A stretch of 64,000 bases of DNA from a bacterium. Its GTDB lineage: Bacteria; Patescibacteriota; Minisyncoccia; Moranbacterales; DUUL01. A program made the position numbers and the translations under genes. Each line of letters starts with the position of its first letter. Position 1 is the stretch's first letter. The stretch covers positions 81,288 through 145,287 of the forward strand of contig JABGXP010000014.1 in the NCBI GenBank assembly GCA_018675685.1, in the 5' to 3' direction. The notes beneath the pieces are model-generated. The model was not told where the DNA came from. It ran no database searches and worked only from the letters and a program-made list of their open reading frames with translations. This document shows, piece by piece, positions 1-9,168 of this stretch.

Positions 1-375
1 CAAAATATCGAAAAGTTCGAGCGAATTAAGAAAATGATCCATGCTGCCATAAAAGAAGCGGGTGGTAAAATTGAAATTATTGATACAATCTGTCGAGCAA
101 CCTTTGTGCGCCAAAAAGAGGCTTTTGTGATTGCAAAAGAAATGGATGCAGTAATTGTAATTGGTGGTAGGAGCAGTTCTAATACAAAACAGCTTTGGAA
201 AATAGCGAAAGATCAAAACCCAAATACAATTTGGATTGAAGACCCTAGTGAAGTAAAAAGCGATGAGAATAAGGAGTTTCTTCGAAGGGCTAAATCGATC
301 GGAATCATTTCTGGAGCCTCAACCTCTCCAGATGACATCAACATGGTTAGAAAAATGATCGAAAGTTCTGATTAG
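1..375 (+). CDS. ispH: 4-hydroxy-3-methylbut-2-enyl diphosphate reductase IspH/LytB, C-terminal fragment (5' end lies outside the window)
   Basis: The reading frame is open from nt 1. C-terminal IspH motifs are present: VIVIGGRSSSNTKQL (compare E. coli VVGSKNSSNSNRL) and IGIISGASTSP (compare VGVTAGASAP). Confidence 0.6.
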   Translation, partial: QNIEKFERIKKMIHAAIKEAGGKIEIIDTICRATFVRQKEAFVIAKEMDAVIVIGGRSSSNTKQLWKIAKDQNPNTIWIEDPSEVKSDENKEFLRRAKSIGIISGASTSPDDINMVRKMIESSD

Positions 376-428
376 AAAGGATTTTGTAACTTTTTGAAAG
401 GTTGACTGAATAGAAAATTGTTGTTATA

Positions 429-728
429 TTGTGTAGTGTTATGAAACAAGAAGATGTTACATTGATTAGTTGCAGTGTTTGTGGTGAGAGATATCGCACA
501 GGCAGTGCAAAAATCGTAGGGAGTAGGAACAATTCTTTGATTGTTCATATTCATTGTGGAAGTTGTTATTCTTCTACGCTTACGATTATTTCCAAAAACT
601 CAACCGGTGAAAACACCATGACAATGGGAATGTTAACAGATTTAAGTTACAACGAAGCTGTGGAGTCAATGAATATGAGAGCAATCGATGCTGATGAAGT
701 GTTGGATATTATTGAGGAAACTCGATAG
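429..728 (+). CDS. small hypothetical protein with a zinc-ribbon-like arrangement (CSVCG ... HCGSC)
   Basis: ORF with two CxxC-like pairs and no recognisable family. The start may be the internal MKQEDV at nt 441. Confidence 0.3.
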   Translation: MCSVMKQEDVTLISCSVCGERYRTGSAKIVGSRNNSLIVHIHCGSCYSSTLTIISKNSTGENTMTMGMLTDLSYNEAVESMNMRAIDADEVLDIIEETR

Positions 729-834
729 TAGTCGCAAAATCTCAATTCTTTTTTCACAATAAAGTTGTTCAATGTAGGCAAGTCTTTACTAAGTAATTAA
801 AGGGAAATTTCCCATAAGTGTTAAAAAAGTCAAG

Positions 835-1557
835 ATGGAAGAAATCACATTAAAAGCGAGAATTAGAAAAGAAGGTGAAAAATTAACAAAAGAAACTCGA
901 GAAATTCCTGCTGTTGTGTATGGAAAGAAGATCGGTAGTATTGCAATCTTCGTTAATTTATCTGAATTAAACAGAATATTTGATAAAGCAGGAGAGAGCA
1001 CGATTATAAACTTGCAAGTCGAGGATGAAAAAGGTAAAAACGAAATTTACAAAACGTTAATTTATGATTATCAAACAGAGGCCATTGGAAATGAATTTAT
1101 TCATGTTGATTTTTTTAACGTCAAGATGGACCAAAAAATTGAGACAAATGTCGAATTGGAATTTGTTGGAGAGTCAATCGCCGTGAAAGAGTTAGGTGGA
1201 ACTTTTGTTAGAGGTTTAGATTCAGTTGAAGTTCAGTGTTTGCCTGCTGATTTGCCCGGTAGTATTGAGATCGATATTTCAGTGTTGGATTCTTTCGATA
1301 AACATATTTATGTAAAAGATGTTATTGTTGGTGAAAAAATTAGTATTTTAACGGATGATACGATCGTTGTAGCGGCTGTCAGTGCTCCACGAACAAAGGA
1401 AGACGTTGAAAGTTTAGATGAAGCTGTTGATTCTGATATTTCACAAGTTGAGGGAATGGAAGAAATAGAGGCAGAAGGAGCGGCAGAAGGAGATGACGAA
1501 AAGAAAAAAGAAAAAGAGAGTAATGAGAATAAAGAGAAAAAGGAGAAAAAGGAATAA
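835..1557 (+). CDS. rplY: 50S ribosomal protein L25 / general stress protein Ctc, with a K/E-rich C-terminal tail
   Basis: N-terminal L25 domain (LKARIRKEGEKLTKETREIPAVVYGKK ...). Central beta-barrel plus C-terminal Ctc-like domain (IHVDFFNV ... VELEFVGESIAVKELGG). Confidence 0.8.
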   Translation: MEEITLKARIRKEGEKLTKETREIPAVVYGKKIGSIAIFVNLSELNRIFDKAGESTIINLQVEDEKGKNEIYKTLIYDYQTEAIGNEFIHVDFFNVKMDQKIETNVELEFVGESIAVKELGGTFVRGLDSVEVQCLPADLPGSIEIDISVLDSFDKHIYVKDVIVGEKISILTDDTIVVAAVSAPRTKEDVESLDEAVDSDISQVEGMEEIEAEGAAEGDDEKKKEKESNENKEKKEKKE

Positions 1558-1597
1558 TTAGTCCTTGGAATAAAAATTTTTAAGAGATAGCCTTGAA

Positions 1598-2884
1598 ATG
1601 TCTCAAAAAAAAAGAAAAATAAAATCTAGGATCTTTTTGATAACTATGACCTCACTGATTGTGATGTGGGGTCTAGTTTTTTCTTTTCCAAGTGATTATC
1701 TAAATTTTGCCATTGCTGCTAGTGATGATGAAGACGATAAAGAAAAGGAAGAGGAAGCTGAGGAGATTGAAGATGATGTTGAAAACCTAGAAGATGACCT
1801 AGAGAAAGCTCTAAAAGAGAAAGCTGTTAAGGAACAGGAAAAATTATTGATTTCAAATGAACTTTGGGCAATCCGAAAGAACATAACTGTTGTTGAGGCT
1901 GATATCGAAGAGACTGGCAATGAAATCAAGAAACTTGAAAGAGAAATTGTCGAGGCTATCGATGAAATTGCTTTAAAGAAAAAATTAATGGGGGCAATTT
2001 TGCGACAAATAAATCGAACAAACCGAGAGTTGCAGTTGATTGCTTACGGGAAAGAGAGTGGTTTGAGTGAGTATTTCTCGATTGTTGATGGTTTAGAGAA
2101 CATGGAGGGTAAGTTGTCGACATTGATTGTCGAGGTAAGACAGAAAAAAGAAGATCTAGAAAAGCAGAGAATCAAGCAAAAAGAGGGCTTGGCTTTACAT
2201 GATGACCAAAAAGAATTATTGGAGTATCAAAAAAATAAAAAAGGTTGGGTTCTTAGTCAAAAACAACAAGCTATCAACGAAGATGCTTCTGAGATCGGTC
2301 AAATTCAGGCCAAGATTTCTAAAATGAAATCAGAGATTTCTAAATTACTTGGAAAGGGGTATGATGCAAGTGATATTAAAAGTGCTGTTAAATATGCTAG
2401 TAAAAAGACGGGTGTTAGAAGAGATTTTTTGATGGGAATGTTAGTTGTCGAATCTAATTTAGGACGTTTCACTGGTGGGTGTAATTACAAAGAAAGTCGT
2501 ATGAGCGATTACCGAAAAACAATATTCAAGCAAATTTGTAAAGAAGTCGACAGAAATTATAAAAAAATGAAAGTCTCCTGCCCACCTTCTAATTACAAAG
2601 GAACTGGTGGTGCGATGGGAGTTCAGCAATTTATGTCAGACACTTGGTTAGGATATAAGGATAGAATTTCAGAAAAAACAGGTAATTATCCTCCTGACCC
2701 TTGGAATTTAACAGACGGAGTGATGGCGATGGCAATTAAACTTGGTAATGATGGAGCAACAAAAAAAAGCGGTGAATGGAGGGCTGCATCACGTTACCTT
2801 GGTACATGCCATACAAAAACCACCGAATTTTATTGTAGAGATGTTTTGTATTGGGCGGATAATTATGAAAAAGTTTTGAATTAA
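1598..2884 (+). CDS. membrane-anchored coiled-coil protein with a C-terminal lytic-transglycosylase-like (SLT/lysozyme-like) domain
   Basis: N-terminal TM helix and a long acidic coiled coil. The C-terminus has ESNLGRF ... GAMGVQQFMSDTW, resembling the E-S ... G-x-M-Q-F-x-x-x-T-W signature of SLT-type peptidoglycan lytic transglycosylases. Confidence 0.45.
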   Translation: MSQKKRKIKSRIFLITMTSLIVMWGLVFSFPSDYLNFAIAASDDEDDKEKEEEAEEIEDDVENLEDDLEKALKEKAVKEQEKLLISNELWAIRKNITVVEADIEETGNEIKKLEREIVEAIDEIALKKKLMGAILRQINRTNRELQLIAYGKESGLSEYFSIVDGLENMEGKLSTLIVEVRQKKEDLEKQRIKQKEGLALHDDQKELLEYQKNKKGWVLSQKQQAINEDASEIGQIQAKISKMKSEISKLLGKGYDASDIKSAVKYASKKTGVRRDFLMGMLVVESNLGRFTGGCNYKESRMSDYRKTIFKQICKEVDRNYKKMKVSCPPSNYKGTGGAMGVQQFMSDTWLGYKDRISEKTGNYPPDPWNLTDGVMAMAIKLGNDGATKKSGEWRAASRYLGTCHTKTTEFYCRDVLYWADNYEKVLN

Positions 2885-2940
2885 TTTTGAAGCAATAGCA
2901 CAAAGCAAGTAATATTTTTTCTAGTTACTTGTTGGTGTAA

Positions 2941-2976
2941 AAAGACCGGAGTTTAACAACACAGGTCTTTTTTTGT
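2941..2976 (+). terminator. rho-independent terminator after the 1598..2884 gene
   Basis: Hairpin aaagacc-ggagtttaacaacaca-ggtcttt followed by a run of eleven T. Confidence 0.55.
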
Positions 2977-3007
2977 TTTTTAAATTCTTGCTAAATGTAT
3001 AAATGTG

Positions 3008-3036
3008 TTGACGCGGAAATGAAAGTGGTGTAGAAT
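3008..3036 (+). promoter_or_regulatory. sigma70-type promoter of the mraZ operon (TTGACG-17-TAGAAT)
   Basis: TTGACG at 3008-3013, a 17-nt spacer, and TAGAAT at 3031-3036, about 115 nt upstream of the mraZ ATG. Confidence 0.55.
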
Positions 3037-3060
3037 GTAAGTGAAGTGGAGTGAAGTGGG
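3021..3060 (+). promoter_or_regulatory. MraZ operator: three direct repeats of AAGTGG
   Basis: AAGTGG at 3023-3028, 3044-3049 and 3054-3059 (gAAAGTGGtg / gtgAAGTGGa / gtgAAGTGGg), spaced 21 and 10 nt. The repeats overlap and lie just downstream of the -10 element. MraZ is known to bind 10-bp-phased direct repeats (GTGGG / AAAGTG[G/T]) at its own promoter. Confidence 0.5.
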
Positions 3061-3151
3061 GAAAACACGAAACAAGTCTCTTAAGGGGAGGGATGGGAGT
3101 TGGACTCTTTGTCCTGCTCCCAGAGGCAATAAGAATTCATCCATTTATCTC

Positions 3152-3586
3152 ATGTTTATAGGTGAATACCAACACACAATTGACCCAAAGAAGCGGATTG
3201 CAATTCCGTCTAAGTTTAGGTTGCATTTTGAAGGTGGTGTGGTGGTGACAAGGGGCTTAGATAAATGCCTTTTTATCTATTCAAGAGAAGAGTGGTCAAA
3301 AATAGCTACAAAATTAGGAGAAATGCCAGTTGGTGAAAAATCAACCAGAAGTTTTGTTAGATTAATGCTCGCTGGTGCAGTTGATTCGAATCTCGACTCT
3401 CAAGGAAGAGTTTTAATTCCAGAGTATCTGAAAGAATACGCAAACTTAAAAAAACAAGTTATTGTTGCGGGCTTGTTTAATCGTTTAGAACTTTGGGATG
3501 AAAATGAGTGGAATAAATACAAAAAATCTGCTGAGGAGAATCAAGATGAAATAGCAGAGCAATTGGGGAAATTAGGAATGTACTAA
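3152..3586 (+). CDS. mraZ: transcriptional regulator MraZ
   Basis: MFIGEYQHTIDPKKRIAIPSKFR ... two MraZ half-domains (DSQGRVLIPEYLKEYANL). The track ORF begins at an in-frame GTG at 3041 inside the operator; the ATG at 3152 gives the canonical MraZ N-terminus. Confidence 0.85.
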   Translation: MFIGEYQHTIDPKKRIAIPSKFRLHFEGGVVVTRGLDKCLFIYSREEWSKIATKLGEMPVGEKSTRSFVRLMLAGAVDSNLDSQGRVLIPEYLKEYANLKKQVIVAGLFNRLELWDENEWNKYKKSAEENQDEIAEQLGKLGMY

Positions 3587-3590
3587 AAAT

Positions 3591-4556
3591 ATGCACAAGA
3601 CAGTTTTATTAGCAGAATCAGCTTTTCAATTGAATCTAAAAAAAGGAGATGTAGTAGTCGATGCAACACTTGGAATGGGTGGACACACGATTGAACTTGC
3701 TAAAATAGTAGGTGAAAAAGGGAGAGTTATTGCAATTGATATGGATGCCGTTGCAATTCGTGAAGCAAAAAATCGAATTAAAAAAGAGCACAAAGAGTTT
3801 CTAGATAGAATAATTTTCGTAAAAGACAATTTCAAAAACATTGACAAAATAGTTGCTGGACAGGGGACTTCAGCAATTAAAGTAAAAGGTGTTTTAGCTG
3901 ATTTGGGCTGGAGAATCGAGCAAATCAATGATCCGGCATACGGTCTCAGCTTCAACGTTGATGCTAGACTCAATATGCGTCTAGATGAAGCTGGTGATAG
4001 TCCAGAAGACTCTGAGGATGCATTTGATATCATTAACTCTTGGTCAGCTGATGACCTAGAGAGATTATTCCGAGAGCTTGGAGAGGAGAGGTTTTCGAAG
4101 AGAATTGTTATTGCGATTAAAGAGGCAAGAAAAGAAAAGGAAATAAAAACAACGATGGAATTGGCCAATATTATAGAGGAATCAGTTGGTCACAGAGGAA
4201 GGAAAGGTGGGAGAAAAATACATCCAGCAACAAAAGTTTTTCAAGCACTTAGAATCCAAGTGAACAGTGAATTGAATAACTTAAATGTATTCTTGGAGAA
4301 CGCGCTTAAAGTATTGGAAAAGGATGGGCGTTTGGCAATTATCTCCTTTCATTCAATTGAGGATCGAATCGTGAAGAACTTTTGCAAGAGTGGTACAAAA
4401 GGATGTGTGTGTCCTAAGGAATTCCCAATCTGCAAATGTGGGAAAGAACCTAAATTGAAACTGATCACGAAAAAACCAATCATTCCTAGTGACTTGGAAC
4501 TTAAAGAAAATAGACGGGCAAGGAGTGCCAAGTTAAGGGTTATTCAAAAAAAATAG
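3591..4556 (+). CDS. rsmH: 16S rRNA (cytosine1402-N4)-methyltransferase RsmH (MraW)
   Basis: DATLGMGGHT SAM-binding motif and overall RsmH architecture. Position immediately after mraZ. Confidence 0.9.
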   Translation: MHKTVLLAESAFQLNLKKGDVVVDATLGMGGHTIELAKIVGEKGRVIAIDMDAVAIREAKNRIKKEHKEFLDRIIFVKDNFKNIDKIVAGQGTSAIKVKGVLADLGWRIEQINDPAYGLSFNVDARLNMRLDEAGDSPEDSEDAFDIINSWSADDLERLFRELGEERFSKRIVIAIKEARKEKEIKTTMELANIIEESVGHRGRKGGRKIHPATKVFQALRIQVNSELNNLNVFLENALKVLEKDGRLAIISFHSIEDRIVKNFCKSGTKGCVCPKEFPICKCGKEPKLKLITKKPIIPSDLELKENRRARSAKLRVIQKK

Positions 4557-4604
4557 ACATAGAGGTATAAATAAAAAGTAAAAGTGTGAGGGGGCAACGT
4601 TGAT

Positions 4605-4970
4605 GTGGTAGCATATTCAGTTGCAACAAAAAAAGGAAAGATTGAAAGATGCAAAAAGATTCAAAAAAAGCATGAGTCTTCTTTTGGGTCTTCCTTATCT
4701 TCAATGGTTAACGCACTGACATTTGCGGTTGTTGTTGTTGGTGTGCTCTATGTAGCACAAACTAATAGACTAGCCACCATGGGGTATGAAATAAAAGAAA
4801 AAGAAAATGAAATCAACACACTATTTAAAGACAATGAAGCTCTTAAGATTAATGCCGCAGAGCTAAAATCGATGCATCATCTTGAGCTTAAGAAAGAAGA
4901 GATGAAACTAAGAAAGCCTCAAGAGATTGGTTATTTAGAGATTGATGATTCGGTAGCAATGGGGAGATAG
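4605..4970 (+). CDS. ftsL: FtsL-like cell-division protein (single TM plus coiled coil)
   Basis: Small bitopic protein (TM LTFAVVVVGVLYVAQ, then a coiled coil) located between rsmH and ftsI, as in dcw clusters. There is no strong sequence signature. Confidence 0.4.
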   Translation: MVAYSVATKKGKIERCKKIQKKHESSFGSSLSSMVNALTFAVVVVGVLYVAQTNRLATMGYEIKEKENEINTLFKDNEALKINAAELKSMHHLELKKEEMKLRKPQEIGYLEIDDSVAMGR

Positions 4971-4977
4971 GAACAAT

Positions 4978-6849
4978 ATGCTTAAAAAAGTTAAAAAAAG
5001 GAGAAAATCTGTGTCATCTGACTTGAAACAGAAAGTTCTACCAAGGTCCAGAGTGTATCTGGTTGTTTTTGCTATATTAATTTTTACGGGAATTATTGTT
5101 TTTCAATTGTATCGTCTACAAATCAAAGGCAATATTAAGTATACAAACCTAGCAAAAAAACAACACCAGGCAAGTAATAGAATTTTACCTTCAAGAGGCG
5201 AAATTTTTTTGTGTCAAAAAGAGGCAAAATTTTCATTAGCAGTTAACAAAGAACTTAAGACGGTTTTTGCTATGCCAAATGAGATTAAAGATCCAGTATT
5301 AACCGCGAGTATAATTGCCCCGATCTTAGACTTAGAAGAGACAGATGTTTTGAGAAAACTTTCAAAAAAAGGTGATTTATACGAAGTTTTAAGGCGTAAA
5401 ATTTCCAAAGAACTTTTCTTGAAGGTTGAAAAACTGAAATTGGAAGGGATTTATGGGGAAAGCGAATATTGGAGGTATTATCCAGGTAATTCGCTGGCAG
5501 CTCAAGTAGTTGGATTCGTTGGCTATAAAGAGGACAAACTATTTGGACAATATGGGATAGAGAGTAAATTAGAAGAAAGACTTAGTGGAAGAGAGGGTAT
5601 GATGGAACAAGAAAGGGATGTCTTTGGGAGGTGGATTTCAATTGGCTCCAAGTTAGTAACACCTGAGCGTGACGGACAAGATGTTGTTTTGACCTTGGAT
5701 CATGTTTTGCAGTTTAAGACAGAATCTGCACTTAAAAGTGCTATTAAAAGACACGATGCTGATAGTGGAAGAGTTATTATTACGAATCCAAGTACAGGCG
5801 AAATTTTAGCCATGGCTGCATACCCAACCTTTGATCCAAACGAATATTCAAAAGTTGAGGATATTAGTGTTTTTAAAAACTCTTTGATTTCAAATGAGTA
5901 TGAGTGTGGGTCTGTTTTTAAACCAATAACGATGGCTATTGGGCTAGACACAGAAAAAATTACACCAGAGACAACCTATATCGACAGAGGTTTTGTTGCA
6001 GAGGCTGGGTTTACTATTAATAATTCGGATAAAAAAGCATACCAAAAGCAAACAATGACACAGGTGATTGAGAAATCGCTAAATACAGGAGTTATCTTTG
6101 TTGAAAAAGAAATTGGAAATCAAGAATTTTATCGATATATAAAAGATTTTGGTTTCGGAGAAGTCACGGGTGTCTCCTTACCAGGAGAGGCTGACGGAAA
6201 CATCTCAAATTTAAAAAAGAATAGAGATATTGAATACTTCACTGCTTCTTTCGGGCAAGGAATTACTGTTACACCATTACAATTGGCAATGGCATACGGA
6301 GTGATGGCAAATGGAGGAGAGTTATTGAAGCCACAAATTATAAATAGTATTATTGATTTAAACGGAGCGGAAGAGAAATTTGAAACCAAGAAGGTTAAGT
6401 CTGTTATTTCTAAGAAAACATCTGAAGAGGTTTCTTTGATGCTAGAGAGTAATATTCTTAATGGACACGGGAAGTTAGCAGGAGTTCCAGGATACCGCAT
6501 CGCTGGTAAGACTGGAACAGCACAAATTCCTGATAAAGAGAACGGTGGATATTTAGAAGATGCAACCACTGGAACTTTCGCGGGATATGGACCTGTGGAA
6601 GATCCAATCTTTGCAATGGTTGTGATAATAGATTATCCTAAAGATGTGGAATGGGCAGAGAGTACAGCAGCCCCAGTTTTCGGAGAATTAGCGAAAGTAG
6701 TTCTTGATTATTATGGGGTAGAACCGACCGAGGAATATGATTTAAAGGATTTAGAAAAATTTGCAAAAACCCACAACTATCTTTTTAATAAAGAAGAAGA
6801 AATAAAAAATGAGTCATTAGAGACTGAAACAAGTAAGGATCAAGATTAA
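4978..6849 (+). CDS. ftsI: penicillin-binding protein 2/3-type peptidoglycan transpeptidase (FtsI)
   Basis: N-terminal TM and PBP dimerisation domain. Transpeptidase motifs SxxK (GSVFKP), SxN (SLNTG) and KTGT (AGKTGTA). Confidence 0.85.
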   Translation: MLKKVKKRRKSVSSDLKQKVLPRSRVYLVVFAILIFTGIIVFQLYRLQIKGNIKYTNLAKKQHQASNRILPSRGEIFLCQKEAKFSLAVNKELKTVFAMPNEIKDPVLTASIIAPILDLEETDVLRKLSKKGDLYEVLRRKISKELFLKVEKLKLEGIYGESEYWRYYPGNSLAAQVVGFVGYKEDKLFGQYGIESKLEERLSGREGMMEQERDVFGRWISIGSKLVTPERDGQDVVLTLDHVLQFKTESALKSAIKRHDADSGRVIITNPSTGEILAMAAYPTFDPNEYSKVEDISVFKNSLISNEYECGSVFKPITMAIGLDTEKITPETTYIDRGFVAEAGFTINNSDKKAYQKQTMTQVIEKSLNTGVIFVEKEIGNQEFYRYIKDFGFGEVTGVSLPGEADGNISNLKKNRDIEYFTASFGQGITVTPLQLAMAYGVMANGGELLKPQIINSIIDLNGAEEKFETKKVKSVISKKTSEEVSLMLESNILNGHGKLAGVPGYRIAGKTGTAQIPDKENGGYLEDATTGTFAGYGPVEDPIFAMVVIIDYPKDVEWAESTAAPVFGELAKVVLDYYGVEPTEEYDLKDLEKFAKTHNYLFNKEEEIKNESLETETSKDQD

Positions 6850-6873
6850 AGGCTAATTGATAAATTTCACCAT

Positions 6874-8199
6874 ATGAACAAGTCAAAGAAAGCAAGATTT
6901 TTAGAGAAAGTATTGCGTTTAATGGCAATTTGTGTTTTATGGCGACATAAACCAAAAGTTGTTGCAATTACGGGAAGTGTTGGGAAAACTACAACAAAAG
7001 ACATGACCTGGAAATTGTTGGAGAAGTATTTCAATGTCAGGAGGAATATTAAGAACTATAATAATGAAATTGGCGTTCCATTGACTATCATCGGCGTGGA
7101 GTCTGGGGAGAGCTCAATGATCAAATGGTTTTTTGTTTTCCTGAGTTGGGTGGGTGTTATGTTTTCTAGGAAATATCCAGAGATTTTGGTCTTGGAAATG
7201 GGTGCTGACAAGCCAGGTGATATCAAATACCTTACTAGTTTTGTGCCTATTGAGGTTGGAGTTATAACAAACATTGGGATTTCTCATCTTGAAAATTTTA
7301 AAACAAAAAAAGCGGTAGCTGTGGAAAAGGGGCATCTCCTAAGAAGTGTCCCTGTGAATGGACTGGCGATTTTAAATAGCGATGATGCTGAATGTCAAAA
7401 ACTAGCCCCACAGCTTAAAACCAACGTAATTAAGTGCGGTTTTGAGGAGGGGGCGTCAATGCTTGGAAGCGATATTATTTATGGTTATCGCTCATTGGAA
7501 ACCAGAAGTGGGAAAAAGATTAAGTTAGTTAAGGGGATTTTATTTAAATTAAACTATCAAGGTAAGATTATCCCAATTAAACTGAAGCACGCACTAGGTT
7601 ACCCTCAAGTTTATGCAGCACTCAATGCATTTGCTGTGGCAGAATACTTTAAACTGAATAAGCTTGAAGCCGCGGAAGCATTGCAGGATTTTCTTCCTCC
7701 ACCAGGAAGAATGGTTTTAATGCCAGGTATTAAAAATTCGGCAGTGATTGACGATACTTACAATAGTGCTCCGGAAAGTCTGAATGCTTGCCTTGTTACG
7801 CTTGATAAAATAAAAGCCGAAAGGAAAATTGTCGTCTTAGGTGATATGTTGGAGCTTGGAGAAGAAGAGGAGAGCGCTCATCGAGAGGCAGGAAAAAAAG
7901 TTGCCGAGTTACAACCAGAATTCTTCGTTGCTGTTGGAAAAAGAATGAAATATGCAGCGATAGAGTACAGGAAAAACACCCAAGATAAGGATTCAATAGG
8001 ATGCTTTAGCTCCCCCAACGAAGCAATGATTTTCATTCAGCATACGCTGAAAGAAGGAGATGTGGTTTTAGTGAAAGGATCACAGGGAATGAGAATGGAA
8101 AAAATTGTTGAAGAAATTATGAGGCAACCAGAAAAGAAAAAAGAATTGCTAGTTAGACAGGATGACACTTGGCAAACAAAGGATTTTATAGCGCCATAG
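6874..8199 (+). CDS. murF: UDP-N-acetylmuramoyl-tripeptide--D-alanyl-D-alanine ligase MurF (Mur ligase family)
   Basis: P-loop VVAITGSVGKTTTKDM (MurF-like TGSxGKTxxKxM), the Mur ligase central and C-terminal domains, and a 441-aa length typical of MurF. Confidence 0.7.
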   Translation: MNKSKKARFLEKVLRLMAICVLWRHKPKVVAITGSVGKTTTKDMTWKLLEKYFNVRRNIKNYNNEIGVPLTIIGVESGESSMIKWFFVFLSWVGVMFSRKYPEILVLEMGADKPGDIKYLTSFVPIEVGVITNIGISHLENFKTKKAVAVEKGHLLRSVPVNGLAILNSDDAECQKLAPQLKTNVIKCGFEEGASMLGSDIIYGYRSLETRSGKKIKLVKGILFKLNYQGKIIPIKLKHALGYPQVYAALNAFAVAEYFKLNKLEAAEALQDFLPPPGRMVLMPGIKNSAVIDDTYNSAPESLNACLVTLDKIKAERKIVVLGDMLELGEEEESAHREAGKKVAELQPEFFVAVGKRMKYAAIEYRKNTQDKDSIGCFSSPNEAMIFIQHTLKEGDVVLVKGSQGMRMEKIVEEIMRQPEKKKELLVRQDDTWQTKDFIAP

Positions 8200-8232
8200 A
8201 GAATACAACAGAGTGAATTCAAATAATAAAAA

Positions 8233-8262
8233 AGTCGCTATCTTTGTTTGGGTGACTTTTTT
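8233..8262. terminator. bidirectional hairpin terminator between convergent murF and the rhodanese-like gene
   Basis: aaaagtcgc-tatctttgtttgg-gtgactttttttaaaa: a stem followed by a T-run on the plus strand and an A-run (T-run on the minus strand) on the other side. Confidence 0.5.
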
Positions 8263-8287
8263 TAAAACCAAACATGTTATTTATTTC

Positions 8288-9163
8288 CTATTTGTCAGCA
8301 GGCTCTTCTTTCCCAATATTAGCGATAGTATCCTTCATATCGTTGTAAGTGTCCTTACAGTTATATACACCAAGAACATTCATGTCATAGAGCCTTACTG
8401 CGGCTTGAAAGCTTCGAATAGGGTCTTTATCTAGAACAATAAAGCTTCTAACCGGTAATTTGTCTTTCTTTTTTTCTAATTCTTCTAAGGGGATATTAAT
8501 TGATCCATCGATATGATCAAGCGCAAAATCCACAGCTGAACGAGTGTCAATAAATTTCAGTCTAGACCCATCCAAGAGTTGTTCAATAATTTCCTTGGCT
8601 GTATAAGAAGTTACTTTCAGCAGATCTGATTGTATTAAGGGATTCCCAAGCGTAACCAAACCAAATTCGTTGTGAGCATAGTTTATGATCCCACCATCAA
8701 GATATTTTACAGTCAAACCCTCCTTCTGAAGATGTTCAGTGAGAATCCTACCATTAGGAGAATCTGTTCTATCTATAATTATTATAGTTTTTGTTTTGCT
8801 TAGTAAGTTTAGTTTATCCTCTAGTTTTGTCAGGGGTATATTAATCGAAGCTTCAATATGTTTTAAAATAAACTCATTCTCCTCTCGAATGTCCACCAAT
8901 TGAAAATCTTCGTTTCGAATTGCCCTTGAAGTTTCCTTTGGTGAAATTGTGGGAACTTGTAAATTAGCGTCTGCTTCTACCTGTTTGTTTTCAGAAAGTT
9001 TTTTTTCTAATGCACCCTTTTGTTTATTTATTTTTTTTACATAAAAAACACCAGAAATAGTTACTATTAGAATAAAAGCAACAAGGGCTGGCCAGATCAG
9101 AAAAGGTTGCGTCTTTTTTGACTCTTGGGAAATAATTTGTTTCCTTGGTGGTTGGTGTTGCAT
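8288..9163 (-). CDS. membrane-anchored protein with two rhodanese-like domains, both lacking the catalytic cysteine
   Basis: N-terminal TM (LIWPALVAFILIVTISGVFYV) and two rhodanese-fold repeats (LVDIREENEF ... IIIIDRTD ; FIDTRSAVDF ... FIVLDKD). Asp occupies the active-site loop position where Cys is expected. Confidence 0.5.
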   Translation of the reverse strand: MQHQPPRKQIISQESKKTQPFLIWPALVAFILIVTISGVFYVKKINKQKGALEKKLSENKQVEADANLQVPTISPKETSRAIRNEDFQLVDIREENEFILKHIEASINIPLTKLEDKLNLLSKTKTIIIIDRTDSPNGRILTEHLQKEGLTVKYLDGGIINYAHNEFGLVTLGNPLIQSDLLKVTSYTAKEIIEQLLDGSRLKFIDTRSAVDFALDHIDGSINIPLEELEKKKDKLPVRSFIVLDKDPIRSFQAAVRLYDMNVLGVYNCKDTYNDMKDTIANIGKEEPADK

Positions 9164-9168
9164 ATATT

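Noticed and set aside
3041-3151. GTG-initiated N-terminal extension of the mraZ ORF in the track (MKWSEVGKTR ...)
   Set aside because: The extension lies over the MraZ-box repeats and promoter. The ATG at 3152 gives the canonical MraZ N-terminus MFIGEYQHTID.
1696-6569. Numerous 60-180-aa minus-strand ORFs overlapping rplY, the SLT-like gene, rsmH and ftsI (for example 1696..1929, 3626..4168, 6129..6569)
   Set aside because: They are antisense to confidently identified genes. Their compositions are low-complexity S/L/F-rich, typical of shadow frames in AT-rich DNA.
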